Shown: positions 51,483-61,377 of the stretch, one piece after another | How the letters are laid out: every line of letters begins with the position of its first letter | Position numbering within the stretch: position 1 is the first letter of the stretch | Assembly (NCBI GenBank): GCA_913057435.1 | Contig: CAJXNY010000026.1 | Coordinates: forward strand, 582 to 64,581 | Direction: 5' to 3' | DNA from: an uncultured Oceanospirillaceae bacterium | GTDB lineage: Bacteria > Pseudomonadota > Gammaproteobacteria > Pseudomonadales > Balneatricaceae | DNA length: 64,000 nucleotides | Notes under the pieces: model-generated | Told to the model about the DNA's origin: nothing | Database searches by the model: none | The model's input: the letters and a program-made list of their open reading frames with translations, nothing else | Position numbers and translations under genes: made by a program

Positions 51483-53492
51483 TCAGAACGATAACCGATA
51501 GCTCAGATTGGCGCTGCGCGGTGCGCCATAGCCGATCTGATGCAGGCCGGAGCCATTACCGGTCGCGCCCAGGGTGTAGTCCTCATCCAGCAGATTATTA
51601 ATGTTCAGCTGTATCCGGTGTGGGCCGGTTTCATAGCTGGCCATCAGATCAACCAGTTGATAGCTGTCCTGCTTCACCTGTTCGTTGTTGCCAGCAAAGC
51701 GTTCACTGACGTAATACAGGCCGCCGGCCAGGGTCCAGCCCCGGACCGGTTCATAGCTGTTCCACAGTGACAGGGTGTGTTCTGGCACATCGTTGGGTTG
51801 CATGCCGCTGTCGCGGTTACGGGCATCCAGCCAGGTGTAACCCGCGCTGAACTGCCACTGTGGAGTCAGCTGGGCATGGGCTTCCAGTTCAATCCCCTCA
51901 TGACGATCACGGGCGATATCAACCACCTGCTGCATGGCATCGGTCTGTGGCGACTCCCGGTCGAGCTGAAACAGCGAGGCCCCCAGCTGCAGGCGATTAT
52001 CCAGCAGTTCTGATTTGACACCAATTTCACTCAGGCTGGTTTCCAGCATCGCCGCTTTGGTGGCGCTGGAATAGATGCCGCCGTAGGGTAGCTGATAGGA
52101 GCGGCCCCAGCTGGTGTACAGCGAGGTTTGTGGGTTGATGGCATAGGTCAGGCCCAGGCGGGGGCTGAACTTGCCTTCAGAAGTCGCCAGTTTGGCACCG
52201 CTGGCCGCACTCTGGCGGGTGTTGATATGGTCATAACGGGCACCCGCCAGCAGGCTCAGCTGGGAGGCTAGCTGGATCAGATCCTGGCCATAGAGTGCAT
52301 AACTGTTGATGCTGTTACTGCGGTTAGCGGCCAGCGCAGGCTGTGGGTAACTGACGCTGACCGGGTTCAGCAGGTCCGTGGCCGGAGCGCTTGCACCGGT
52401 ACTGGTGCTGGTGCGTTCCATATGTGCCAGCTCGGCGCCGAACAGTAGCTGGTGGCGGCTGTTCAGCTGCCAGCTCAGCTCAGACTGCAGCCCGGCATCA
52501 ACCTGTGGATCAAATGCGAAGGCCACCACTGAGCGGTTCAGCAGGCCATCGGCCACGCTTTTATTCCGTGTGGCGGACTGCTCCATCTCAACCCGGCTGT
52601 AATAGACGCTGTTACGCCATTGCATGGCCGGGGTAAGTTGCTGTGTCAGTGCCAGGCTGGCGCGGATCGACTCGTTATCCTGATAATCGCTCAGGCCACC
52701 ATAGTAGGTTGAGCTGTCTACTTTGACCGGTTTACCATCAACCGACGGCACGCCGCGATAGGGCGTCTGGGACTGGTTGAGGTATTCCAGATCGAGGTCC
52801 AGCTGGCTGCGCTCGCTGAGTTCAAAGCGCAGGCTGGGGGCGATAAACAGCGTGTCACCGGAAACGTTATCCACATAGGAATCACCGTCACGGTATTCCA
52901 TGTTCAGCCGGCCATTGATGCCGTTACCCAGCTGGTCGCCCATATCCAGCGCCAGCCGGTGCTGATCAAAACTGCCCGTACTGAGGTCCAGTTCACGCAT
53001 CCGTTCGCCATCGGCTTTCTTGGTCACCAGGTTGATCAGACCACCGGCCGAGCCGCGACCATAGAGCGCACCGGCGGCACCTTTGACCACGTCAATGCGC
53101 TCGATATTCTGCAGGCTGCGATAGGCCTGGGCACTACCCCCGTCGCGCAGACCATTGCGATACAAATCATTCAGGGCGTCGTAGCCACGAATGCTGAAAT
53201 GATCACGGGCACCTTCGCCCAGCGCTCGGTTGATGCCGGGGATTCCCCGCAGGGCATCGTCGAGCTTTACGGCACCACGCTGCTCGAACGCAACGCGCTC
53301 GACCTGGCTGATGCTCTGTGGCACCTGACGCCAGTCGGCATCCATTTTCAAGCCACTCTGGCTGGTACCAGGGGCCGTGGTGTTGGAGCCGGTCACGGTG
53401 AAGGTGTCCAGTTGCTGAGCGGACAGGCTCTGAGAAGTCAGCGCCAGGGTGATGGCCAGCGACAACGGGCATTTCTGAATACAACGCATCAA
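51483..53492 (-). CDS. TonB-dependent (siderophore-type) outer-membrane receptor
   Basis: 669 aa with a signal peptide, a plug domain (...DTFTVTG...; ...IERIDVVKGAAGALYGRGSAGGLINLVTKK...) and a C-terminal ...NLSYRLSF aromatic terminus. Confidence 0.9.
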   Translation of the reverse strand: MMRCIQKCPLSLAITLALTSQSLSAQQLDTFTVTGSNTTAPGTSQSGLKMDADWRQVPQSISQVERVAFEQRGAVKLDDALRGIPGINRALGEGARDHFSIRGYDALNDLYRNGLRDGGSAQAYRSLQNIERIDVVKGAAGALYGRGSAGGLINLVTKKADGERMRELDLSTGSFDQHRLALDMGDQLGNGINGRLNMEYRDGDSYVDNVSGDTLFIAPSLRFELSERSQLDLDLEYLNQSQTPYRGVPSVDGKPVKVDSSTYYGGLSDYQDNESIRASLALTQQLTPAMQWRNSVYYSRVEMEQSATRNKSVADGLLNRSVVAFAFDPQVDAGLQSELSWQLNSRHQLLFGAELAHMERTSTSTGASAPATDLLNPVSVSYPQPALAANRSNSINSYALYGQDLIQLASQLSLLAGARYDHINTRQSAASGAKLATSEGKFSPRLGLTYAINPQTSLYTSWGRSYQLPYGGIYSSATKAAMLETSLSEIGVKSELLDNRLQLGASLFQLDRESPQTDAMQQVVDIARDRHEGIELEAHAQLTPQWQFSAGYTWLDARNRDSGMQPNDVPEHTLSLWNSYEPVRGWTLAGGLYYVSERFAGNNEQVKQDSYQLVDLMASYETGPHRIQLNINNLLDEDYTLGATGNGSGLHQIGYGAPRSANLSYRLSF

Positions 53493-53544
53493 TAAGTCTC
53501 CCTGCTAGATGGGCAGACAGTATTTAATTGGCGCCAATTTGTAA

Positions 53545-53563
53545 AGTAATGATAATTACTTTT
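53545..53563. promoter_or_regulatory. Fur-box-like operator upstream of the TonB-dependent receptor
   Basis: AGTAATGATAATTACTTTT matches 13/19 of GATAATGATAATCATTATC. It lies about 55-70 nt upstream of the receptor start. Confidence 0.45.
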
Positions 53564-53587
53564 ATTTGATACTGTGTCTTATTGTTA

Positions 53588-54247
53588 TTAGTTGTCTATT
53601 TTGTCCGGCTCAATATAGCGCCGCCAGCCGGTCAGGTGCTGGAAAATAAGCAGTCGCAGTTGCTCGGGCTGCTTCTGGCGCAACGCCTCGACGATAGCGA
53701 AGTGCTCTTCGCTGGCCTGCAGCGATGCCTGCTGATTAAACCAGCCCGGCTGACTGACCCGCACTGCCTGTTCGCGCAGATTGTTGATCAGGTCGCTGAG
53801 AAAGGGGTTCTGGCAATACTGATAGAAAGTCTTGTGGAAGGCGTAGTTGCTGCTGATCAGCTGGCTGGTATCACCGTTATGCACTGCATTATCAAACAGT
53901 TGCGCCTGTTGTTGCAGTTGCTCAATCCCGGCCGGGTCGATATGCAGCAGTACCAGCTGGCAGGCACCCTGTTCCAGTAGCAGACGACTTTCGGTGATCT
54001 GCTGGCGCTCTTCCACCGTGTGGGCGCGCAGCTGGTGGCCACGATAAGGCACATGCACCAGTACTCCGCGCTGGGTCAGTTCAGTCAGGATCTGCCGTAC
54101 GGTAAAGCGGTTGGTATCAAGCAGTTTTTCCAGCTCGTTCTGGCGCAGGAAGCCGCTGCAGTCGATCTCTCGATTGAGGATACGGCATTCGAGCTGGTCG
54201 GCGAGAGCCTGAATACGTTGCTGGCTGATCTGTTTGGGACTGTTCAA
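53588..54247 (-). CDS. GntR-family transcriptional regulator (FadR/FCD subfamily)
   Basis: 219 aa with an N-terminal wHTH (...LRQNELEKLLDTNRFTVRQILTELTQRGVLV...) and a helical C-terminal domain. Confidence 0.85.
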   Translation of the reverse strand: MNSPKQISQQRIQALADQLECRILNREIDCSGFLRQNELEKLLDTNRFTVRQILTELTQRGVLVHVPYRGHQLRAHTVEERQQITESRLLLEQGACQLVLLHIDPAGIEQLQQQAQLFDNAVHNGDTSQLISSNYAFHKTFYQYCQNPFLSDLINNLREQAVRVSQPGWFNQQASLQASEEHFAIVEALRQKQPEQLRLLIFQHLTGWRRYIEPDKIDN

Positions 54248-54332
54248 CAGGGAGATATCCTGGCGGGTTATTTGGCGCCAATTCTAGTGGCGTCAGCAGC
54301 AGGGGGCAAGGGCAGGCGAGTGCCGGGCTCCG

Positions 54333-54800
54333 CTACACCAGATGCAGCGGCAGCTCGGTGGTGTATTTCACTTCGCTCATCGCCACCGTGGAGTTGAGCT
54401 CCTGAATATCCGGGATCAGCGACAGGTGATCGCGGTAGAAGGTTTCATAGCTGGCTACATCCTTGGTCACAATCCGCAATAGAAAATCAATCCGGCCCAT
54501 CATCAGATAACACTCGGTGACTTCTGGTAGCGCTTGAATGTGTTGCTGAAACTCATTCACTGCCTGGCGGCCATTGGCGCTGAGTTTGACCTCGGTGTAG
54601 ATCACCATATTCAGCCCCAGCTTGTTCCTGTCCAGGATGCCGGTGCGTTTCTGGATATAACCTTGCTCCTCCAGCCGCTTGATCCGTCGCCAGCACGGTG
54701 GCTGCGACAGGTTGACCTGGTCGGCGATCTCGGCGGCGCTCATGCTGGCGTCCTGCTGGATCAGGGCGAGGATTTTACGATCGGTTTTATCTAGTTCCAT
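54333..54800 (-). CDS. bkdR: Lrp/AsnC-family transcriptional regulator (BkdR-like)
   Basis: 155 aa: MELDKTDRKILALIQQDASMSAAEIADQVNLSQPPCWRRIKRLEEQGYI... It is divergent from the branched-chain keto-acid dehydrogenase operon, as in Pseudomonas putida. Confidence 0.8.
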   Translation of the reverse strand: MELDKTDRKILALIQQDASMSAAEIADQVNLSQPPCWRRIKRLEEQGYIQKRTGILDRNKLGLNMVIYTEVKLSANGRQAVNEFQQHIQALPEVTECYLMMGRIDFLLRIVTKDVASYETFYRDHLSLIPDIQELNSTVAMSEVKYTTELPLHLV

Positions 54801-55082
54801 GGGCTCGGTTCGGTGTTTTTAGTGTTGTTAAGCGGATCAGATCGTTATACCGCAGTTGCGTAATCAATACCGTCTTTCGTACTGGTCAGTAATATTTATA
54901 CCTTAACAGCCTGATTTTGGTATTTATCCTGCGTTGAGTCCAGGGGTTTCCCGTATCTTTGGATAAATATTACCCGACAAACCCGGTACAGTTTTAGTCA
55001 GTTGCTGGCCGCCAGGTTGATCATCAGGCGCAGCCCAGCGGTGGATATAGACGCAGGATAAAAATAAACAAGGTGCGCCGAT

Positions 55083-56126
55083 ATGAATCTGTTCTCCCAT
55101 CCGGAGTTTGATAACCACGAGCAGGTCGCGTTTTTTCGTGATGCAAAAACCGGCCTTAAGGCCATCGTGGCCATTCACAACACCCATCTTGGTCCGTCGC
55201 TGGGCGGCTGTCGCATGTGGCCCTATGCCAGCGACGCCGATGCGCTGACCGACGTACTGCGCCTGTCGCGCGGGATGACTTACAAATCGGCACTGGCCGG
55301 GCTGCCGCTGGGCGGCGGTAAATGCGTGATTATTGGTGACCCGCGCAAAGATAAATCCGCAGCCTTGCTACAGCGCCTGGGTGATTTCATTGAAGGCCTG
55401 TCCGGGGCTTACATAACGGCAGAAGACTCCGGCACCAGTGTGGCGGATATGGCGGTGATTGGTCAGCGTACCCGCTTTGCGGCGGGCGTGGTTGAAGGTG
55501 CTGAACATGGTGGCGACCCTTCACCGTCCACGGCTTACACCACCTTTGTTGGCCTGAAAACAGCGGTACGGCAGCGACTGGGGCGTGATGATCTCAACGG
55601 GCTGACCGTCGCGCTGCAGGGCGTTGGCAACGTGGGTTATTACCTGGCGCGCCACCTGCACCAGGCCGGTGCTGAACTGATCGTTACCGACATTGTGCAA
55701 GCCAATCTGCAACGGGCGGTGGATGAGTTTGGTGCCCGCGTGGTAGCCCCTGATCTGATTTTTGGCGTTGATGCCGATGTGTTTTCCCCCTGCGCCATGG
55801 GTGGCGTCATTAACGAACATACCCTGCCACAGCTCAAATGCACGGTGATTGCCGGAGCGGCGAACAACCAGCTGGCGACCCCGGAATTTGGCGAGTTGCT
55901 GATGCGCAAAGAGATTCTCTATACCCCGGATTATGTGCTCAATGCCGGTGGCATTATCGACATTGCTTACCAGCGTAGTGGCGAAGGCGCGGCCGCGTTG
56001 CAGCAGCACCTGGACTCTATCGGCCAGCGGCTGGAGCAGATCTTCGAGCGCGCCGCTGCCCAGGGTTTACCGCCTCATGTTGTTGCTGACCAGCTGGCTG
56101 AAGAGACCTTTAGTCCAGCGGCGTAA
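55083..56126 (+). CDS. ldh: Leucine (Leu/Val/Phe-type) dehydrogenase
   Basis: 347 aa: ...AIVAIHNTHLGPSLGGCRMWPY...GMTYKSALAGLPLGGGKCVI... and an NAD fold GVGNVG. Confidence 0.85.
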   Translation: MNLFSHPEFDNHEQVAFFRDAKTGLKAIVAIHNTHLGPSLGGCRMWPYASDADALTDVLRLSRGMTYKSALAGLPLGGGKCVIIGDPRKDKSAALLQRLGDFIEGLSGAYITAEDSGTSVADMAVIGQRTRFAAGVVEGAEHGGDPSPSTAYTTFVGLKTAVRQRLGRDDLNGLTVALQGVGNVGYYLARHLHQAGAELIVTDIVQANLQRAVDEFGARVVAPDLIFGVDADVFSPCAMGGVINEHTLPQLKCTVIAGAANNQLATPEFGELLMRKEILYTPDYVLNAGGIIDIAYQRSGEGAAALQQHLDSIGQRLEQIFERAAAQGLPPHVVADQLAEETFSPAA

Positions 56127-56243
56127 CCGTCCCGCACCCGGTGTGATGCACCGGGGATTGATCAATGCTGTGACCGGTTACGCCCGGTCCGTTCTCGTCT
56201 GTGCCGCCTGTAAATCCGGCACATGCGACAAGGAGGATCACCT

Positions 56244-57485
56244 ATGACATCTCCCACTCACGCTGGCTGGCAGTCCAAACTGTATGTGCCGGTGGCTTCA
56301 TCCCGGCCCGACCAGCCCGCTGATTTTTCTAAACTGGATATTCCTGCTGCCGGTGCCTGCGCGCGCCCGGCAACGGATGCGGCCGCCGAACAGACCCGTG
56401 ACCTGGCTTATGGCCTGGTGCGCGTACTGGACGATAACGGCCAGGCCTGTGGCGACTGGAACCCGCAGCTCAGCCCGGACCAGCTGCGTCAGGGGCTGAA
56501 ACATATGCTGGCGGTGCGCGCCTATGACGAGCGCATGTTCCGCATGCAGCGCCAGGGCAATCTGTCGTTCTATATGAAATGTACCGGTGAAGAAGCGGTG
56601 GCCGTGGCCCAGGCGATGGCGCTGGAATCAGGCGATATGCTGTTTCCGTCTTACCGCCAGCAGGGGCTGCTGTTTGTTCGGGGTCGTCCGGTGCTGGACA
56701 TGATGTGTCACTGTCTGTCCAACTCCCGCGACAACATCAAGGGCCGCCAGCTGCCGATCATGTACAGCTGGAAAGAAGGTAACTTTTTCACCATCTCCGG
56801 CAACCTGGGCACCCAGATCAGCCAGTCTGTGGGCTGGGCGATGGCCTCGGCCTATAAAGGTGAAGATCACGTTTCCGCCGCCTGGGTTGGCGATGGCACC
56901 ATGGCGGCAGCGGATGTTTATCACGCGCTGCATTTTGCCTCCACCTATCGCGCTCCGGCGCTGCTCAATGTGGTGAATAACCAGTGGGCGATCTCTACCC
57001 CGCAGTCCTTTGCCTGTACCGGCACCACCTTTGCCGCCCGCGCTCAGGGCTTCAGCATGCCGGGTATCCGGGTGGACGGTAACGATTTTCTGGCTGTTTA
57101 CGCCGTGACCCAGTGGGCGGCTGAACGGGCGCGCCAGGGCCATGGACCAACGCTGATCGAGCTGTACACCTACCGTGTGGCCAGCCACTCCACCAGTGAC
57201 AATCCCGATGCCTATCGGGGCAAGGATGAGGCCGCACAGTGGCCGCTGGGTGACCCACTGGAACGGCTCAAAGCACACCTGATCGCCATCGGCGAATGGG
57301 ATGATGCGCAGCATGCCGCGGTGGAAGCCGAGCTTAAAGCCGAGATGACCGCCAACTGGAAAGAAGCGATCAAATACGGCTCGCTGGAAGAAGGCCCGCA
57401 CTGGCCGGTCAGCGCCATGTTCGAAGATGTATTCAAGGAGATGCCAGGGCATCTGCGTAAACAGCGTCAGGATCTGGGGGTATAA
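56244..57485 (+). CDS. bkdA1: Branched-chain 2-oxoacid dehydrogenase E1 alpha subunit
   Basis: ATG at 56244 follows AAGGAGGA. TPP-binding region ...AWVGDGTMAAADVYHALHFASTYRAPALLNVVNNQWAIST... Confidence 0.9.
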   Translation: MTSPTHAGWQSKLYVPVASSRPDQPADFSKLDIPAAGACARPATDAAAEQTRDLAYGLVRVLDDNGQACGDWNPQLSPDQLRQGLKHMLAVRAYDERMFRMQRQGNLSFYMKCTGEEAVAVAQAMALESGDMLFPSYRQQGLLFVRGRPVLDMMCHCLSNSRDNIKGRQLPIMYSWKEGNFFTISGNLGTQISQSVGWAMASAYKGEDHVSAAWVGDGTMAAADVYHALHFASTYRAPALLNVVNNQWAISTPQSFACTGTTFAARAQGFSMPGIRVDGNDFLAVYAVTQWAAERARQGHGPTLIELYTYRVASHSTSDNPDAYRGKDEAAQWPLGDPLERLKAHLIAIGEWDDAQHAAVEAELKAEMTANWKEAIKYGSLEEGPHWPVSAMFEDVFKEMPGHLRKQRQDLGV

Positions 57486-57488
57486 ACC

Positions 57489-58505
57489 ATGCCAGCAATG
57501 AATATGATTCAGGCCCTCAACTCGGCGATGGATGTGTTGATGGAACGTGATCCAGCTGTGCTGGTGATGGGTGAAGATGTCGGCTATTTCGGTGGCGTGT
57601 TTCGTTGTACCGAAGGGCTGTATGAGAAGTACGGGGCCCATCGGGCGCTGGATATGCCGATCGCCGAAGGCGGTATTGTCGCCACGGCCATTGGCATGGG
57701 CGTAAACGGCCTGCGGCCGGTGGTGGAGATCCAGTTCGCTGACTATATCTACCCGGCGTTTGACCAGATTGTCAGCGAGCTGGCCCGACTGCGTCATCGC
57801 AGTGGCGGCGAATACAGCGCGCCGGTCACCATCCGTACCCCCTGTGGTGGCGGTATCCGTGGCGGCCAGACCCATTCGCAAAGCCCGGAAGGGGTGTTCA
57901 CCCATGTCTGCGGCCTGAAAACCGTGATGCCCTCCAACCCTTACGACGCCAAAGGTCTGCTGATCAGCGCCATCGAAGACGATGATCCAGTGATCTTCTT
58001 TGAACCCAAACGTATCTACAACGGCCCGTTTGACGGCGACCATCATAAAGCCGGTCAGCCCTGGGCGAATTATCCACAGGGTGAGGTGCCGGAAGGCTAT
58101 TACAAAGTGCCGCTGGGCAAGGCGGCGGTGGTCCGCCCTGGCAGTGATGTCACCATCCTGGCCTACGGCACCATGGTGCATGTGGCCGCTGCCGCGATTG
58201 AAACGGCGGGCATTGATGCTGAGCTGATCGACCTGCGCACCTTGCTGCCACTGGATACGGAGACCATTGCTGAGTCGGTACAGAAAACCGGCCGTTGTGT
58301 GGTGATCCATGAAGCGACCCGCACCAGTGGTTTTGGTGCCGAGCTGGTGGCCGAAGTGCAGGAAAGCTGCTTCTGGCACCTTAAAGCGCCGATTGAACGG
58401 GTGACCGGCTGGGATACGCCGTATCCCCATGCGTTCGAGTGGGAGTACTTCCCCAGTCAGGAACGGATTATCGACGCCATTCAACGCACGCTGGAGACCG
58501 ACTGA
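57489..58505 (+). CDS. bkdA2: Branched-chain 2-oxoacid dehydrogenase E1 beta subunit
   Basis: 338 aa: MNMIQALNSAMDVLMERDPAVLVMGEDVGYFGGVFRCTEGL... Confidence 0.92.
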   Translation: MPAMNMIQALNSAMDVLMERDPAVLVMGEDVGYFGGVFRCTEGLYEKYGAHRALDMPIAEGGIVATAIGMGVNGLRPVVEIQFADYIYPAFDQIVSELARLRHRSGGEYSAPVTIRTPCGGGIRGGQTHSQSPEGVFTHVCGLKTVMPSNPYDAKGLLISAIEDDDPVIFFEPKRIYNGPFDGDHHKAGQPWANYPQGEVPEGYYKVPLGKAAVVRPGSDVTILAYGTMVHVAAAAIETAGIDAELIDLRTLLPLDTETIAESVQKTGRCVVIHEATRTSGFGAELVAEVQESCFWHLKAPIERVTGWDTPYPHAFEWEYFPSQERIIDAIQRTLETD

Positions 58506-59764
58506 TGGGCCATTACAGCTTTAAATTGCCCGACCTGGGCGAAGGGATTGTGGAATCCGAAATCGTCGACTGGCATGTCAGCGTCGGTGATCGGGTAGAA
58601 GAAGATGATCTGCTGGTCGATGTGATGACCGACAAAGCCACCGTGGAGCTGAGCGCGCCGGTGGCAGGCACCATCGTCCGGCTGGGCTGCGATGCTGGTG
58701 AGATGTTCGCCGTTGGCAGCGAGCTGATACTGATCGAAACCGCAGGCGAGGGGGAGGCTGTGATCAGCCCAAGCCCGAGTGCCGCCGAGGCAGCAACGCC
58801 CAAGCCAGCACCGAGCGTGCCGCAAGCGGCCCCCGTACAAGCGCCGGAGCCCGCCAGCCATAAAACCACTATCAGCCATGTGCCAGGCCGCCATGAGATT
58901 CTGGCTGCGCCGTCGGTGCGCCGTCGTGCCCGTGCAGAAGATATTGATCTGGCCGTGGTGCCTGGCACCGGTCCGGCGGGGCGGATCAGCAATACCGATC
59001 TGGAAAACTTTATCGCCGCCGGTGGCATGCAGGCGGCCTTGCCGGTCAGCAACCAGAGCGCAGCGCGCAGCGCGACCACCGAGATTCCGCTGCGGGGCTT
59101 ACGCCGGGTGATCGCCCAGAAAATGGTCGCTGCCAAGCGCAATATTCCGCACTACTCCTATGTCGAAGAGATCGATATTACGGCACTGGAAGAGCTGCGC
59201 CAGCACCTTAATGAGAACCGTAAACCGAGCCAGCCCAAGCTGACCCTGCTGCCGTTTATCATGCAGGCACTGGCGAAAACGCTGCCCGAATTTCCGTTCT
59301 GTAATGCCCGCTTCGATGATGAGCGCGAAGTACTGACCCAGTACGACGCCGTCCACATCGGCATCGCCACCATGACCGAAAAAGGCCTGATGGTGCCGGT
59401 GGTTAAACACAGCGAAGCGCTGGATATCTGGCAGAGCGCCAGCGAGCTATCGCGGCTCAGTGCTGCGGCGCGCGAGGGCAGTGCCCGTGTTGATGAACTC
59501 AGTGGCTCCACTATTACCATCACCAGTCTGGGAGCTATTGGCGGCATCGTCACTACGCCGGTCATCAACGCCCCGGAAACCACTATCGTCGGCATCAACA
59601 AATTGCAGGATAAACCGGTGGTGTATCACGGTGAAATTGTGGTGCGCAAAATGATGAACCTGTCGTCATCCTTCGATCACCGGGTGGTGGATGGCTACGA
59701 TGCTGCACTGATGGTGCAGGCGCTAAAACGGTTGCTGGAAAATCCAGCCTCGATCTTTGTCTGA
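58505..59764 (+). CDS. bkdB: Dihydrolipoamide branched-chain acyltransferase (E2)
   Basis: MGHYSFKLPDLGEGIVESEIVDW...DVMTDKATVEL (lipoyl Lys), an Ala/Pro linker, and the catalytic ...SSSFDHRVVDG. ATG overlaps the E1-beta TGA. Confidence 0.9.
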   Translation: MGHYSFKLPDLGEGIVESEIVDWHVSVGDRVEEDDLLVDVMTDKATVELSAPVAGTIVRLGCDAGEMFAVGSELILIETAGEGEAVISPSPSAAEAATPKPAPSVPQAAPVQAPEPASHKTTISHVPGRHEILAAPSVRRRARAEDIDLAVVPGTGPAGRISNTDLENFIAAGGMQAALPVSNQSAARSATTEIPLRGLRRVIAQKMVAAKRNIPHYSYVEEIDITALEELRQHLNENRKPSQPKLTLLPFIMQALAKTLPEFPFCNARFDDEREVLTQYDAVHIGIATMTEKGLMVPVVKHSEALDIWQSASELSRLSAAAREGSARVDELSGSTITITSLGAIGGIVTTPVINAPETTIVGINKLQDKPVVYHGEIVVRKMMNLSSSFDHRVVDGYDAALMVQALKRLLENPASIFV

Positions 59765-59783
59765 AGGGCTGGAGGAGACGCAT

Positions 59784-61196
59784 ATGAACACACATCGTAA
59801 ATGCAAAGTACTGGTGGTGGGCGGTGGTCCGGGTGGCTATGTGGCGGCAATCCGCGCCGGACAGCTGGGGCTGGATACCGTGCTGGTGGAAGCTGACCGT
59901 ACCGGCGGCACCTGCCTGATTCGCGGCTGCATCCCCTCCAAGGCGCTGATCCACGCCGCCAGCCGGTATGAAGAACTGCTGGCCCATGTCGGCAGTGGCA
60001 AACTGGGTATCTCACTCAGCTCAGCCCCCGAGCTGAACCTGGTGGCTACGCAGCAATGGAAAGAAAGCGTGGTTGACCGGCTTAATGGCGGTGTTGAAGG
60101 CCTGCTGGCCAAAGCCGGGGTGGAAGTTATCCACGGCTGGGCGACGTTTGCTGATGCCAAAACCTGCGAAATTGAAACCGCCGACGGCGGCCAGACTCTG
60201 CATGCCGAGCATGTAATCCTGGCTAACGGTTCCTCGGTGACCGAACTGCCAGGCATCCCCTTTGGCGGTGCGGTGATTTCCTCCACCGAAGCGCTTACGC
60301 TGACCGAGGTGCCGGAGCAGCTGGTGGTGATTGGTGCGGGCTATATCGGCCTGGAACTGGGCATCGCCTGGCGCAAGCTGGGGGCGAAAGTGACCTTTAT
60401 CGAAGGGGGTGAGCGCATCCTGCCAATCTACGATAAAGAGCTGACCCGGCCCATTCAGCAGTGGCTGAAAAAACATGATGTTGAGGTGATTACCTCAGCC
60501 CGCGCTGAGTCGGTGGATCAGGATGATGTGGGTGCGGTGCTGCACTACCGCGATAAAGCCGGTGAGCTGCAAAGCATCGCTGCCAGCAAAGTGCTGGTCG
60601 CTGTCGGTCGCAGCCCTAACACTCAGGGCTGGGGGCTGGAAAACATGCCGGTTGATAAGCAGGGCGCGTTTGTTCAGGTGAACGACCAGTGCCGCACCAG
60701 CACCCGCAACGTCTGGGCCATTGGTGATCTGGTGGGTGAACCCATGCTGGCCCACAAAGCCTCCGCCCAGGGCGAAATGGTGGCTGAGATCATCGCCGGA
60801 CATAAACGCAGCTTTGACCCGGTCGCCATCCCGGCAGTCTGCTTCACCGAACCGGAAATCGTCAGCGTCGGCCTGACCCCGGACGAGGCCAAAGCCAAAG
60901 GTCTGGATATCAGCGTCGGTAAATTCCCCTTCGCCGCCATCGGTAAAGCGCTGACCATGGAAGCCGGTGAAGACGGCGGCTTTGTCCGCGTTGTCGCCCG
61001 CACCGATGACCACGTCATCGTCGGCATCCAGGCCGTCGGTGCCCATGTGGCAGAGCTCAGCGGCGAGTTTGCTCTGGCGCTGGAAATGGGCGCACTGGTG
61101 GAAGATCTGGCCGCCACCATCCACGTCCACCCCAGCCTGAGTGAAGCCACCATGGAAGCGGCTTTGGCGACTTTTGGTAAGGCCATACACGGTTGA
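59784..61196 (+). CDS. lpdV: Dihydrolipoyl dehydrogenase (E3)
   Basis: MNTHRKCKVLVVGGGPGGYVAAIRA...GGTCLIRGCIPSKALI (redox disulfide)...HVHPSLSE. ATG at 59784 follows GGAGGAG. Confidence 0.9.
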   Translation: MNTHRKCKVLVVGGGPGGYVAAIRAGQLGLDTVLVEADRTGGTCLIRGCIPSKALIHAASRYEELLAHVGSGKLGISLSSAPELNLVATQQWKESVVDRLNGGVEGLLAKAGVEVIHGWATFADAKTCEIETADGGQTLHAEHVILANGSSVTELPGIPFGGAVISSTEALTLTEVPEQLVVIGAGYIGLELGIAWRKLGAKVTFIEGGERILPIYDKELTRPIQQWLKKHDVEVITSARAESVDQDDVGAVLHYRDKAGELQSIAASKVLVAVGRSPNTQGWGLENMPVDKQGAFVQVNDQCRTSTRNVWAIGDLVGEPMLAHKASAQGEMVAEIIAGHKRSFDPVAIPAVCFTEPEIVSVGLTPDEAKAKGLDISVGKFPFAAIGKALTMEAGEDGGFVRVVARTDDHVIVGIQAVGAHVAELSGEFALALEMGALVEDLAATIHVHPSLSEATMEAALATFGKAIHG

Positions 61197-61356
61197 GCCA
61201 CGGCTTTCGGCTGCGCGCAGCAGCCGACGGCCACATGATCGAAACAGTTATCTCCTGAGCCCGCAGCCTCTGGCTGCACCCTGGCCGTAGCGGCTATGGC
61301 GGCCGCTGCACCACCGCGTACTGCTGTCATCTGGCAGGGGTATAGCCGTCACTTGT

Positions 61357-61377
61357 GCCCCTTCGGGGGCTTTTTTT
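61357..61377 (+). terminator. Intrinsic terminator after lpdV
   Basis: GCCCCTTCGGGGGC followed by TTTTTTT. Confidence 0.75.
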
